Shown: positions 63,651-64,000 of the stretch, one piece after another
Position numbering within the stretch: position 1 is the first letter of the stretch
How the letters are laid out: each line of letters begins with the position of its first letter
NCBI GenBank assembly: GCA_963785235.1
Contig: CAWAUM010000002.1
Coordinates: 32,001 to 96,000, forward strand
Reading direction: 5' to 3'
DNA length: 64,000 nt
Source of the DNA: an uncultured delta proteobacterium
GTDB taxonomy: Bacteria > Desulfobacterota > Desulfomonilia > UBA1062
Position numbers and translations under genes: made by a program
The notes under the pieces: generated by a model
Seen by the model: the letters and a program-made list of their open reading frames with translations, nothing else
Databases searched by the model: none
Told to the model about the DNA's origin: nothing

Positions 63651-64000
63651 ATGTTGATCGTACAGCTGAAACAAAAAAAGGAAGTACCTGTAATCCACGG
63701 GCACCCGTGGATATATTCCGGGGCCGTGGACAAGGTCCAGGGCGAGCCGGAAAAGGAACACCTCTGCAGGGTGCTGAACGCCCGGGGACAATTCGAGTGC
63801 CAGGGCACGTATAATCCCATCTCACAGCTGGCGGTCCGCGTGCTTACGCTTGGCAAGGAAACCATTGACAAGGCCTTTTTCGAGGCAAGGATCAAGAGCG
63901 CCTTGGCGCTGCGCAGGCGGATTATCCCTGAGGACACCACCTGCTACCGCCTCATCAATGGCGAGGGGGACCGTCTGCCGGGCCTGGTGGTGGACCGCTA
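63651..64000 (+). CDS. rlmI: RlmI-like rRNA methyltransferase (PUA domain), frameshifted, truncated by window edge
   Basis: GHPWIYSGA, YNP.SQLAVR, YRLINGEGDRLPGLVVDR. Confidence 0.8.
   Translation, partial: MLIVQLKQKKEVPVIHGHPWIYSGAVDKVQGEPEKEHLCRVLNARGQFECQGTYNPISQLAVRVLTLGKETIDKAFFEARIKSALALRRRIIPEDTTCYRLINGEGDRLPGLVVDR

Noticed and set aside
1-64000. CRISPR array, IS element, prophage, rRNA
   Set aside because: No repeat-spacer pattern, transposase, phage gene or rRNA sequence recognised

Overview
Chromosomal region of an anaerobic deltaproteobacterium-like organism (inferred from beta-oxidation operons, glutaconate CoA-transferase, SOR/FprA/rubredoxin/rubrerythrin, sigma54 regulators and flagellar genes). 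It is mostly housekeeping: xerD, DHH-CBS tRNA nucleotidyltransferase, rnj, ftsK, lolA, cobB, aroE, def, fmt, rpe, rpmB, fhs, ybaB, recR, flgL, fliW, mobB, and tRNA-Ala(CGC) and tRNA-Leu(GAG). About 20 genes, including essential ones, are split by 1-nt indels, most likely uncorrected long-read errors. Best candidate for an undescribed system: an operon of three tiny membrane proteins (58, 79 and 31 aa; two missed by the ORF track) with a complete sigma54 promoter (-24/-12, IHF site, three phased enhancer palindromes), lying just downstream of a kinase-lipoprotein-sigma54 regulator-amidase cluster with GlrK/QseG/GlrR-like architecture. Other highlights: an integrase-less ~660 bp RelBE mini-island at tRNA-Ala, several apparently leaderless genes, a TPR-MlaD-Trp/Pro-repeat protein trio, a degenerate ACT-ACT-SerB protein coupled to fhs, and a chaperone-usher pilus locus. 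All family calls come from motif recognition, not database searches.
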